A stretch of DNA of 63,148 nucleotides, counting the filler, from Octopus bimaculoides (taxonomy: Eukaryota): NCBI RefSeq assembly GCF_001194135.2. It is 5 parts of 4 records of this genome, joined end to end, with 100 filler letters (N's around TTAATTAATTAA, not from the genome) between each part and the next. Parts side by side here need not be neighbours in the genome. Positions count along the whole stretch, not along the records: positions 38,828 to 51,846 come from NC_068982.1; positions 51,947 to 58,666 come from NC_068982.1; positions 58,767 to 63,148 come from NC_068987.1; 2 more parts are not named here. One strand, given 5' to 3'. Position 1 is the stretch's first letter; each line of letters starts with the position of its first letter. The translations under genes were made by a program, and so were the position numbers. Positions 50,813 to 62,748 of the stretch are shown here, piece by piece. The notes below the pieces were generated by a model. It had not been told where the DNA came from, made no database searches, and saw nothing but the letters and a program-made list of their open reading frames with translations.

Positions 50813-51196
50813 CTTACTACTGAATTAAACTATATAAACTATGTTTTTCTGATATTGCACGCTGCATTTTGTTTTCAAATCTATGCCCCAACATCGAAAT
50901 GTGTACTATACATGGTAAAGTATTGTACACGTAGGCATTTAAGCTTTATTTTCATTTTGCAGAAAGTTTATCTTAAAATTATATAAAATGATATATTTGT
51001 GTAATTGTGGATTTGCTGTGCCAGATATCTTCTGACAATGTGTGTTTAATTTCTTCTATTCCTGTGGAAATTCCGCTTGGTGTTCTTACTCTTTGAATTA
51101 TAGAGAAATATTTCCTTCAAAGAAGTCATTGCTTGAGAGAAGTAGCAACTACATCAACGAAATAACCCGATTCACTCAACAAACAGGGGAAGAGAT

Positions 51197-51249
<53 letters not shown>

Positions 51250-51498
51250 AACACAGGAAGAGAGAGAGAGAGAGTCTATAAAAGAGAAAAAAAATATTGA
51301 GAAAAAGAGAATGAAAGTCAGAGTTAATACTATTTTATGATTATTGACTTGTTCTAGTAAACTATTTACTTACACAAACACACACATATAGAGTGAGAGC
51401 TTTATTTATGTGTTTCTGTGTGTTTCTGTATGTATATTCTTGATGAAACCATACCGATATTTCACCATTTACTTTATATTTTTCTTTTCTGCTTGCAG

Positions 51499-51713
51499 GA
51501 AGACTCTTTAGTGTTGGAATTAGCTCCACGAATTCATCATGAGTGTGAAGCCATGTTAAGCCTCCTTGACCATTATAACTGGACCGACTTCACCATAATA
51601 ACGACACAGGCCGACGGCTACAGTGAGTTCACCTACACTTTACGGAGGCTTGCCAAAAAGTATAGCAAAACCTATTCGCCAGATGTAATCCAACACATTC
51701 AGTTTGAAAAAAA
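51499..51713 (+). CDS. GRIN2-like: Internal coding exon of an NMDA-type ionotropic glutamate receptor, GluN2/NR2-like (amino-terminal domain)
   Basis: Pyrimidine tract tttttcttttctgcttgcag (AG 51497-98) precedes a phase-0 open frame EDSLVLELAPRIHHECEAMLSLLDHYNWTDFTIITTQADGYSEFTYTLRRLAKKYSKTYSPDVIQHIQFEK. The donor is AA|GTAAAT at 51713/14 (phase 2). From memory the peptide matches the GluN2 ATD motif (insect [38 protein letters not shown]; vertebrate [31 protein letters not shown]). Confidence 0.85.
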
Positions 51714-51815
51714 GTAAATATTCCTTTTACCATTATATACATAACATATTGTACATGCACACACACACACACACACACACACACCGTATGTTTATGCATA
51801 TCCACATGTATTCAC

Positions 51816-51846
<31 letters not shown>

Positions 51847-51946
51847 NNNNNNNNNNNNNNNNNNNNNNNNNNNNNNNNNNNNNNNNNNNNTTAATTAATT
51901 AANNNNNNNNNNNNNNNNNNNNNNNNNNNNNNNNNNNNNNNNNNNN

Positions 51947-51988
<42 letters not shown>

Positions 51989-53582
51989 AGCATATACATA
52001 CATACATACATACGTACATACATACATACATGCATTCATACATACATAATGACGTACATTCACACAACCATGCGCTAAATGCATCACTCATGTAAACATA
52101 GGTATAGGCGTAAGCATGAAAAGTGCCAAAAATAGAACGAGTGAGGAGAAGGAGAGAGAAAGAAAGAGAGAGAGAAATAGAGAGAGAGAGAGACGGAATA
52201 CTAAAGGGATTGAGAGAGAAATAAAGAGCGAAGAAAGTTAGTGAGAGGCTGACAGTTAGAGAAGGGATTCGATAGCAGACAAGAATAATCGATAAGCTTG
52301 AAAATTAAAAACAAAAATATCAGTTACACTTGGTTTAAAGGGAGGTAACTGTAAATCAAGGGAGATAAATATATTCGATGTTGGAGACGGAGCGCGTAGT
52401 TAAATGACTCAAATTTGCTACTGTTAAGAACTTAAGATATTGGTGTTCATTAGAGAAGAAACTTATTTTATGGAAGACAGCAAGACAACATCCCAATTAA
52501 TAGTGTCACTAATTGTAATCATCATCATCATCATAAGCGGCAGCAGAGGCATCAGAAGCAGCAGCAGCAGCAACAACAGTACTGTTACCACACCTTATAA
52601 ACGTCATTATCAACATCAGTGGCTGCTACCCAACTACCATCACCAGATTACCCACCACCACCACCACCACCACCACCACCANNNNNNNNNNNNNNNNNNN
52701 NNNNNNNNNNNNNNNNNNNNNNNNNNNNNNNNNNNNNNNNNNNNNNNNNNNNNNNNNNNNNNNNNNNNNNNNNNNNNNNNNNNNNNNNNNNNNNNNNNNN
52801 NNNNNNNNNNNNNNNNNNNNNNNNNNNNNNNNNNNNNNNNNNNNNNNNNNNNNNNNNNNNNNNNNNNNNNNNNNNNNNNNNNNNNNNNNNNNNNNNNNNN
52901 NNNNNNNNNNNNNNNNNNNNNNNNNNNNNNNNNNNNNNNNNNNNNNNNNNNNNNNNNNNNNNNNNNNNNNNNNNNNNNNNNNNNNNNNNNNNNNNNNNNN
53001 NNNNNNNNNNNNNNNNNNNNNNNNNNNNNNNNNNNNNNNNNNNNNNNNNNNNNNNNNNNNNNNNNNNNNNNNNNNNNNNNNNNNNNNNNNNNNNNNNNNN
53101 NNNNNNNNNNNNNNNNNNNNNNNNNNNNNNNNNNNNNNNNNNNNNNNNNNNNNNNNNNNNNNNNNNNNNNNNNNNNNNNNNNNNNNNNNNNNNNNNNNNN
53201 NNNNNNNNNNNNNNNNNNNNNNNNNNNNNNNNNNNNNNNNNNNNNNNNNNNNNNNNNNNNNNNNNNNNNNNNNNNNNNNNNNNNNNNNNNNNNNNNNNNN
53301 NNNNNNNNNNNNNNNNNNNNNNNNNNNNNNNNNNNNNNNNNNNNNNNNNNNNNNNNNNNNNNNNNNNNNNNNNNNNNNNNNNNNNNNNNNNNNNNNNNNN
53401 NNNNNNNNNNNNNNNNNNNNNNNNNNNNNNNNNNNNNNNNNNNNNNNNNNNNNNNNNNNNNNNNNNNNNNNNNNNNNNNNNNNNNNNNNNNNNNNNNNNN
53501 NNNNNNNNNNNNNNNNGTGTGTGTGTGTGTGTGCGTGTGTGAGTGTGTGTGTGTGTGTATGTTACACACATGCTTATGTCAC

Positions 53583-53636
<54 letters not shown>

Positions 53637-53732
53637 ATCTATCTATTTATCAATCTTTCTATCTGTGTGTGTGTGTGTGTGTGTGTGTGTCACACACATG
53701 AATATACTAGAGTTAGTCAACAATTATACGTA

Positions 53733-54789
53733 CTCAGTTTTTCGCCATAGACTTTTTGCGTTTCAATGCATTCCTTCCAGCCATCCAGAAGCTTGCTTAT
53801 TCCATTCGAGAAGAAGGATTTTGGCTGGTCGTGCAGACATTTATGCACTGCTTCCGACACTTCTTCGTCCATAGCAAATCGACAACCTCATAAAAGGATA
53901 TTTGAGTGGTCCAAAGAGGTGTTAGTAGGAAGAGTTGAGATCTGGACAGTATGTATGGTGTTCCGGCAACTCGAAGCTCAATTTTTTCCGGGATTGAACG
54001 ATATGTGAGACCGCATGTGGGCATGCTTTGTTGTGCAACAGTAACACTAGTTTTGACACTAGACTTCGGTGTTTGGTGCGGCTTGCTGGTTTCAGTTTCT
54101 TGGCCAGCATTTCACTGTAGCCTACATTGGTGACTGTAGGCCCCTTTTCCAGGTAATATAAGCTCTTTTGAGTCCCCCAAAAACCGTTAGCGTCCCTATT
54201 TCTGCGGAATTTCTGTTTCCCTGGCAATTCCGGGTATTTCTACCCAATAGTTTGCCTTTTGGATTCTGGCTCAAAGTGGTGACTCATGTCTCATCTGTGA
54301 TCATTATATTTTTCATTTTTTTTTTTTTTTTTAAAACCAACCTTAGCTTCCCTTGTTGCGGTGGATTATGCTTTAACAGATCTCCCCACGATTGCACTTC
54401 TGCATTTCGGTAATCTTTCTTGGCACGCATCTCGCTCAGACTTTATGAAAGCGAAGCTTGTCGTGGATGATTTTATATACGGAATCATGACTAATTTGCA
54501 GAGAATATATCACCTCATCGCTGATAACTTGTCGGTTCGCCAAAGCCATCTCTCGAGCTTGCTGAATCTTCACATCAGCCGTTAAAGTTGATGAGCGTCC
54601 ACCTCCCTCTTCGTTCTTCTCACTTGTCCTGGCATTTTAAACTTCGCAATACACTCGAACACATTTCAACGCAATAGAGCGCTGTTCTCATACTGCAGCG
54701 GAGCCCGCGCTGATTTTTAGCCCGAACACACTTTCACTCCACGGAAATCGGATCACTGACCTTTGTTCTTCTTTGGTGCACACTGCCGA
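53733..54789 (-). mobile_element. Mariner (DD34D-type) transposase pseudogene, second family
   Basis: Near full-length decayed ORF: VCTKEEQRSVIRF, GRSSTL, KV*ARCVPRK, IMITDET*V, YLEKGPTV, LLLHNKACPH, EHHTYCPDL, HLFGPLK, FFSNGISKL. The 5' end abuts a SINE at about 54787. Confidence 0.88.
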
Positions 54790-54905
54790 AAGTATGAAAG
54801 GCAAAATCAACCTCGGCGGAATTTGAACTCAGAACGCAAAGACAGACGAAATACCGCTAAGCATTTCGCCCGGCGTGCTATGTTTTCTGCCAGCTCACCG
54901 CCTTC
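54787..54905 (-). mobile_element. SINE family A 5' half
   Basis: CCTCGGCGGAATTTGAACTCAGAACG...CCAGCTCACCGCCTT. Confidence 0.88.
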
Positions 54906-55200
54906 AGCTTTAGTAGTATTGTTAAAGAAACAGTACTACTAAAGCAACTTCCAAAAGATACTAAACTCAACACATTTAGGCTACCAATTACAGATATTCT
55001 AACAGTTGATGAGGTTGTACATGAAGTTGTAAGGCTCCTACAAATCTGACTTGCATCAGTTCCAGTGACAGTGAAACAATCAAAGGTCAAAGTAGTCTTA
55101 GGCATAACGCTGCCTGCTGCATTAATGTTGGGATTACTAAAAGTTGTGCTACTTAGAAGTGATTCATGTGGGAGCAATGTGCATTTGCACCACTACACCA

Positions 55201-55244
<44 letters not shown>

Positions 55245-55248
<4 letters not shown>

Positions 55249-57800
55249 AGAATTCACAAAAAAAAACAACAACAGACGAAGACAGGTGGTGAAGAAAATA
55301 AACAGATGTATTTGTATAACGCTTGGGAATTGAAAAAGTCTATAACGCTTCGAGCCTACGCTCTTCCACAGAAAGGAACACAGAAAGAAACAAGGAGAGA
55401 AAAAATGTGTGTAGTTGTTAGCGATCTATCATGGCGAATAATGATAATAACGGTTATATATATATATTATTCGAAATGTATAGTATTAAATATCCATCAC
55501 GGCTGACCTTACCAATCGGTTTCGCGTAAAGAATATAATGGTGTGTTAGGCAACAACCCGATTATATAACTTTACGCTCATCAGAGTAAGCCGATATGGA
55601 AGGGAATATGGCAATTGCTGTTTATTATCGGAGGTGGATTAGCACAACCGGTCAGCGGCTTCTGTGAAAAAGGTGGTGAATGAAAAAAGGCCAGGGGATT
55701 AGTTTAGGAGTTATGTGCCGTGGTTAGGTATGGTGTGAAGCCAACAACATTTATCTTGAAGTCAGGAAAGTAAGTATTATTGATGTGGTGCTCCTGTGGG
55801 GATGGCGTGTGTGGTATGTGTAGCGGTGTCATATGTATAATTTTTTTCGGAGAAGTAGGTATATATAGGTGTGTTCGTTGGTCTGTTTTCTTTCTGGAAA
55901 GGATAAAGCCGTGTGTGTGTGTGTTCTTTAAGTTCAGCAAAAATTTAGATTCAGGTGAATATAGTACTTAAGTTGTGGCATCAGAATTTAGTACGGTATT
56001 ATCCATACAATTTAAAATAAGGTGATTAGAAAAAAATAAGCAAAAAGGATATCCAGAGGTAATGCAGTACGATCGTTTCACGCAACTCCATTTAATTGAA
56101 CAATGCAACCATTACATCAATTTAAATGCAGAGCAACCCTCAGCTGCAGAAAGACATAGAATTTAATTAAATTAAAACAGATGAACACATTAGTATAATT
56201 TTGCCTGAAATCTCCAAGAAGTTAAGGAGCTAGACAAAAAACATGCTGCTTTTACTTCCACTTAGAAGCTACTAAAGGATCAGGAAGAAAGACTTGTTAC
56301 AGATTTTGCTTGTCACTGTTATATGGGGTCAGTTTTAATTTATAGACTAGTTTTATAAAATTCTTGTATATCTAAGGCTCGAATTTGTTAGGAGTAGGGC
56401 TGAGGGAGTCGACAGAAATCATTGTGGGTATAGTCATAAAAATCACAATTTATTTGAAGCAATATCATGAGATTTGGTAAAGGAAAACTTAAATCAAGAT
56501 GTCAGCTGATAATTAAGGGGGCTGGCCACTAGCAAGACCATTGATAATGAAAACAGGGGAAATCTTATCATGTAGTACTATAGTTAAATATTTTAAGTAA
56601 TACTGCTATATTGTATAAAGTTAAAGTTTAGGGTTATTCATAGGATTATTAAGAGGAAGAATTATAACAAAAGGATAAAATGTTTTATGAATACTTTTGA
56701 GTATATACCAAACTTTTACCACAATAGAAGGAAGAAAAGAAATCCAGAAATAGTTTAATATTTATACATATTATAAACTTAAATACTAACTTATCAGGTG
56801 GTATCAGTGAATATTGAGCAATTGGTATATACTGGTATTTAATAAAGGAGTACTGAGGTAAAAGAACATGCTAACTATAAATTAATTTAATTATAATCTA
56901 AGCAGTTTATTTTAAGTAGTGAATATACCAGTATTGTTATATATAAGCTAAGTATGAATTTATAGAGGTACAAATATTAGATTTATTTTATAAATAAATA
57001 AATAAAGACTATTATAAAATAATAAAGAAATAAAATAATCAGGTAGATAAAGGCCCTTATAAATACTAAGACCAGGAGGGTAGAGCACTTTAATAAAAGG
57101 ATAAATCAAGTAACTTCAAAGATCATTTCAAACATTATTGCCATATTGTATAAAGTTAAAATTTAGGATAGTCAAGAAGATTATTAAGAATGATATTATA
57201 ACAGAAGGATAAAACTTCTATGAATACTTTTGAGTATATACCAAATTTTACCACAATAGAGAGAGAAAAAAAAATTACATAGAAATAGTCGAATATTTAT
57301 ACTTATTATTTATCTAAATATTAACTTATTAGATGGTATCTATGGAGATTGGTCAATTGGAATTTAACTGGAATATAATAAAGGAGCACTGAGGCTAAAG
57401 AACATGTTAACCATATACTAATTTATTTAAATTGAATTATTTTAAGTTGTGGAGATACCCGTATTGTTTAATTATATAAGCTAAGTAGGATTTAATAGGG
57501 GTACAAAGATTAGATTTATTAAAGGCTATTATAAATTAATAAAATGATCAGGTAGGGTAGTGCACCATAGAAAAGAAATAAAGATAGCCTAATCACTAAA
57601 ACCATAATAAAGTATATATACCTAATTAACTTCAATAGAGAAAATTTATATAAAATTTATAATAGTCTAAGCATTGTGAACTAAAAATTGTTTATTAACT
57701 AATTTAGCTTAATACAATCAAGACTGACACCCAGTATTAGTTAAAAGAATATGGCTATTTAAAAGAACATGCTAATTATATACTAATTTTAAATGAAGAG
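55245..57800 (-). mobile_element. Degenerate Penelope-like element with terminal repeat region
   Basis: Hammerhead-like motif at 55340-55375. Minus-strand traces resemble GIY-YIG C-terminal and RT thumb segments (FLQLR, SGYP, PLIIS). The AT-rich 5' part carries an internal duplication. Confidence 0.5.
56608..57555. repeat. Diverged tandem duplication, period about 535 bp
   Basis: ATATTGTATAAAGTTAAA at 56608 and 57143. Shared TGAATACTTTTGAGTATATACCAAA, TTTACCACAATAGA and ATAAAGGAG.ACTGAGG. Confidence 0.9.
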
Positions 57801-57854
57801 GTATAATATAGGTTTTAAAAGCTATTAGTGTTGATCTGTACATGATATTATATC

Positions 57855-58010
57855 TCCTTTACTGTTTTACTCTTTTACTTGTTTCAGTCATTTGACTGCG
57901 GCCATGCTGGAGCACCGCCTTTAGCCGAGCAAATCGACCCTGGGACTTATTCTTTGTAAGCCTAGTACTTATTCTATCGGTCTCTTTTGCCGAACCGCTA
58001 AGTGACGGAG
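57855..58010 (-). mobile_element. SINE family B 3' half
   Basis: TTTCAGTCATTTGACTGCGGCCATGCTGGAGCACCGCC...CTCTTTTGCCGAACCGCTAAG. Confidence 0.88.
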
Positions 58011-58046
<36 letters not shown>

Positions 58047-58148
58047 AAGCCGCTTATAATTTATTGGATCGCAAACATATTCATTGCGTTATACGCTCTC
58101 TACTTAATGTTATCATTCGGTTATTGTTATTTCAAATCTACATCTCAA

Positions 58149-58293
58149 ACCAGCAAACTAAGCGGCGTTAACACCCAGTATCTGGGTTCAAACATCTCCA
58201 AAATCAAGTTTGCCTATTATCCTTTCGGGGTCGATAAAATAAGGTACCAGTTAAATGCCAGAGCCGATGTAACCGACTAACGCTTTCACTTAA
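58149..58293 (+). mobile_element. SINE family A partial copy
   Basis: TCCTTTCGGGGTCGATAAAATAAGGTACCAG. Confidence 0.7.
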
Positions 58294-58299
58294 ACTTGC

Positions 58300-58592
58300 T
58301 TTGAAAAACCATGGGATTGCATCGAGAAAGTTCCCTTCCGGCAAGGTTGTTTATGAAAGCTCAGCGGTCGCCCATGCATATCAGTCTCCCCCTCTCCGTT
58401 CCACCGATGTTGTTCAAGGGAAAGGCATAGAGGATACAGTTTGGCACCAGTAACATCGCAAGTCATTTCTACAGGTGAGTGAACTGGGGCAACGTGAAAT
58501 AAAGGGTCATGCTCAAGAACGCAATATACAGCCCGATACGGGAATAGAATCCAAAATCGGACACTATACCCACTGAACAATGCACCTTCACT
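58300..58592 (-). mobile_element. SINE with TTGAGCA box
   Basis: GTGAACTGGGGCAACGTGAAATAAAG..TGCTCAAGAACGCAA. The head region ends CAATGCACCTTCAC. Confidence 0.75.
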
Positions 58593-58953
58593 CTTGCGTG
58601 TGTATACATACATACATACATACATACATACATACATACATACGTACGTACAAGTACACACAAATGNNNNNNNNNNNNNNNNNNNNNNNNNNNNNNNNNN
58701 NNNNNNNNNNTTAATTAATTAANNNNNNNNNNNNNNNNNNNNNNNNNNNNNNNNNNNNNNNNNNNNATATACATATACATATGTACGTATGTAAGAATGT
58801 ATGTATTAATGGGTATGTATATATGTATTAATACTCATCTGCATCGAATTCGCATGAGCCTGCTTTGGATATTGAAGATATCACATTTTTCTAAGATTTT
58901 GACATTGGATATCTAACCTTGCCATTTTATTTTGTACATGTTGCCCAAACAGC

Positions 58954-59190
58954 TCATGTGAAAGGTTTCTTTATATTTCTGTAGTAGGGGGTCCATGCTT
59001 CTGCCCCATACAGAAGTGTACTCAAAATACAAGACTTGTATACATTTAGTCTAGTTTTCAGACTGACATCGTGTTCATCTATAAAAGATGGGAAAGTTTT
59101 CCCAAAAGCACTTGTAGCCTTAGCTATTCTAACATTAATTTCGTCATCAAGAGTACGCTTAAAGTTTACTGTATTTCTAAGATATTTAGA
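58954..59190 (-). mobile_element. RTE-clade LINE fragment (post-RT region)
   Basis: KYLRNTVNFKRTLDDEINVRIAKATSAFGK...VSLKTRLNVYKSCILSTLLYGAEAWT matches the RTE/BovB-like DDEI.RIAKAS.AFG..LLYG.E.W motif. Confidence 0.85.
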
Positions 59191-59924
59191 TAACCTAGAT
59201 GACCTCGATGACCTAGCCTGCACGCATGCACACACGCACACAAAAAAAACATTCACCCCACCCACACACATCACACGAATGTGGAAGTATATTTTTTGCT
59301 ACATGGGTAATATTAAGAAATACAGAGTACATATACATGCAATAATGATAGCCTAACTTTTATCAGATTTCTTGGTATTTACAAAAAAAAAAAAATGATG
59401 AAATGAATGCTAATTTTCAAATAATATTATATAATTCCTATTTCTCATTTGCATAATTCTTCCCGTAATCACTCTGCCACTTTCAGCTTCTCCTGTGTAT
59501 GATTCTTTCTCTCTTACGGTGCGTGTGCGTGTTTGTGTGCGTAGAGTTCCTTTACTCATTGCCTGCAACCAAACATAGTATGTGCACACTTCTTACATTT
59601 GCATCAAGCTATTTTCAATTATGCACCTTTATTCAAGATCTATCCGAACTACATTTGCAGACAGACTTTAAATAAAGGTGCATAGTTGAAAATAGACGGA
59701 TACAAATTCAACTGTCGATTCTCTCTGCAACAGAAACACGTGTCGGTCGTATCTAAACCAATTATGCTGTATAATTATCTGTAAAAATTAAAATTAAAAT
59801 GAAAAAAAAAATATGCTGATGTACGATTAACCGTATTCGCTGTAATTGATATGTATACATACATACATACAAACATACATACATACATATATATACATAC
59901 ATGCATACATACATACATATATAT

Positions 59925-60050
59925 TGTCTTGCTCGCTTACGTTCTGGCGTTTGCTGAATTTTCTTGAGAACAATCTTTTCTTAGTGGTTAGACCATAGGT
60001 GGTCTTCTTCTAGCATAATGGATGTCCACTTAGTGGTCATCCTTCTTATA
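59925..60050. mobile_element. Diverged terminal fragment of the 33191-33891 MITE family
   Basis: TTCTAGCATAATGGATGTCCACTTAGTGGTCATCCTT closely matches 33847-33883. Confidence 0.7.
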
Positions 60051-60665
60051 TATATNNNNNNNNNNNNNNNNNNNNNNNNNNNNNNNNNNNNNNNNNNNNN
60101 NNNNNNNNNNNNNNNNNNNNNNNNNNNNNNNNNNNNNNNNNNNNNNNNNNNNNNNNNNNNNNNNNNNNNNNNNNNNNNNNNNNNNNNNNNNNNNNNNNNN
60201 NNNNNNNNNNNNNNNNNNNNNNNNNNNNNNNNNNNNNNNNNNNNNNNNNNNNNNNNNNNNNNNNNNNNNNNNNNNNNNNNNNNNNNNNNNNNNNNNNNNN
60301 NNNNNNNNNNNNNNNNNNNNNNNNNNNNNNNNNNNNNNNNNNNNNNNNNNNNNNNNNNNNNNNNNNNNNNNNNNNNNNNNNNNNNNNNNNNNNNNNNNNN
60401 NNNNNNNNNNNNNNNNNNNNNNNNNNNNNNNNNNNNNNNNNNNNNNNNNNNNNNNNNNNNNNNNNNNNNNNNNNNNNNNNNNNNNNNNNNNNNNNNNNNN
60501 NNNNNNNNNNNNNNNNNNNNNNNNNNNNNNNNNNNNNNNNNNNNNNNNNNNNNNNNNNNNNNNNNNNNNNNNNNNNNNNNNNNNNNNNNNNNNNNNNNNN
60601 NNNNNNNNNNNNNNNNNNNNNNNNNNNNNNNNNNNNNNNNNNNNNNNNNNNNNNNNNNNNNNNNN

Positions 60666-60709
<44 letters not shown>

Positions 60710-61310
60710 TGTATGAGTGTGCGCGTGTGTGTTTGCGTGTGTGTTTGCGTGTGTGTGTATCTATATTACATATGTGTGTATCTACATTACATGTGTGTGT
60801 GTATGTGCGTGTTTACATGTATGTATATCAGTATGTATACAAATATGGACTCATGCACGCACGCTCGCACACACACACACAGACACAGACACAGACACAC
60901 ACAAACATACACACACCCACACACACACACACCCACACACATGCAAACACATATAAGGTACATAACATCGAAAACACGCTATGCACATTAAAGGCGAAAA
61001 CATTACAACATAACATTACACTTTCCCCCAACGCAATGATATTTGCCTTCCTATGAAACACACATATTTCTATCCTAATCTTTATGTTCTTTTATTAACC
61101 TTTATCAGCCCAGGAAGCGGCTCATTTGCTCCTTTTCATTGATTATAATTATCGGCAATTTCTTTCTATTTCCTGTCGTAGTTTATTCAATCGTAAATCT
61201 TGTTTAGTCAACTGTAAATGATGGCGCCGTCTATTTGGACAGCGAATTACAATATTGAATAAGTTTAGTGTTTTGATATTAGTGGTTGAGGAAGCGACGT
61301 ATATTGTACG

Positions 61311-61390
61311 GGGCAGGCCGAACTAAGTCGAGCTAAACCGGATTAGGCCGAGCTAGGCCGGGCTAGGTCGGGCTAGGCCGGGTAAAGACG
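61311..61390. repeat. GC-rich 10-bp minisatellite (RGCTAGGCCG consensus, about 8 units)
   Basis: gggcaggccg aactaagtcg agctaaaccg gattaggccg agctaggccg ggctaggtcg ggctaggccg ggtaaagacg. Confidence 0.9.
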
Positions 61391-61467
61391 GAGCCGGACC
61401 ATGGTTGAAGAAATGAAATGATTGCCTCTTGTTATCGTATAAAGCATTATACTGTAAAATGCGATCC

Positions 61468-61533
<66 letters not shown>

Positions 61534-62140
61534 GTCTGCCTGTCTGCCTCTCTGTCTGTGTATGTATGTATGTATGTATGTATGTATGTATGTATGTATG
61601 TATGTATGTTCTGTTCTGCTTTTAATTATTTGAAATGTTCCTCTGGGGAAAGAGCCGGTCTCTAACAAAGATACAAAGTCCCATCATTGGAATGGTAGAC
61701 AACAAAGACAATGTCACTTTTTAAACTTGAGAAAAGTCTTACATATTTTTACTGTTCCACTTACAAATTGAATTTGTAATGTGCGACTTAGCTGGTTGAT
61801 TTCTATTTTTCTGAAAATCTTAGCTTAACCAGATTGTCACCGAGGTATTTACTCACAAAATAAGTGCACCAATTATAATTAGTATAAGTGTGAATTTATA
61901 ATCTAGACAGAAGCTGGAGGTTTCGAAGCAGTTGTCTGTAGTTACCCTCTTTCTCTTCGATTTTTGAAGAGATGTTCTCATCAGGACAGCTGACCTTCAT
62001 GACAGAATATACTTTTTCTTGTCTGTCTGTTTACTGGCCTAATTAGTGAGGTTGCATGAATCGAAAGCTACGACAATGCGAGGAAGGGCATTGTGACGAG
62101 CGGTGTATAAAACCATCCGATAAGCTGGTTGGACGGTCGA

Positions 62141-62705
62141 TACAGTGGCTGTGCCATAAGAAGCTTGCTTCCAGACCACATCGTTCTGAGTTCAGTCCCA
62201 CTGTGTGACACTTTGGGCAAGTGTCTTCTACTATAGCCTCGGGCCGGCCGAAGCCTTGTGAGAGGATTTGGTAGACGGAAACTGAAAGAGGCCCGTCGTA
62301 TATACGGTAATCCCTCGACTGTCGTAGGTGTTACGTTACAAAACCCCACAAGATAGGTGAAAATCCGCGAAGTAGAAACAGTACTGTACTATATTTTTAT
62401 TATATTTATAATTTGTATATATTTAATTATAAGTGCAAAACAACACCACAGAGGAATCGATGTAAGCTTAAATAATAAACCGCGCTAGGTGAACCACGAT
62501 AGGTGAACCGCGATAGGTGAACCGCGGTAGGTGAACCGCGATAGGTGAACCGTAATATGGTGGGGGATTACTGTATATATATATATGTGTGTGTGTCTGT
62601 CCCACCATCACCACTTGACAGCCGGTACTTGTGTGTTTACGTCCTTGTAACTTTATGGTTCGGCAAAAGAGACCGATAGAATAAGTACCAAGCTTAAGAA
62701 ATATG
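62141..62705 (+). mobile_element. SINE family B split by the MITE at 62305-62573
   Basis: The head at 62141-62302 ends GCCCGTCGTATA. The 3' half resumes at 62574 with (TA)(TG)n..CCACTTGACAGCCGG..GGTTCGGCAAAAGAGACCGATAG. Confidence 0.88.
62305..62573. mobile_element. pogo/Tigger-like MITE with TA TSD, inserted into a SINE
   Basis: TA|CGGTAATCCCTCG...GGGGGATTACTG|TA, with a subterminal 14-bp tandem AACCGCGATAGGTG. Confidence 0.8.
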
Positions 62706-62748
62706 CGCTTGTTAAACAAGTTAAAACATCATGAGGCTGGAATACTTT

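Noticed and set aside
62478-62552. 14-bp repeat array as CRISPR or iterons
   Set aside because: No spacers; it lies inside a TA-flanked MITE with a sister copy at 28662.
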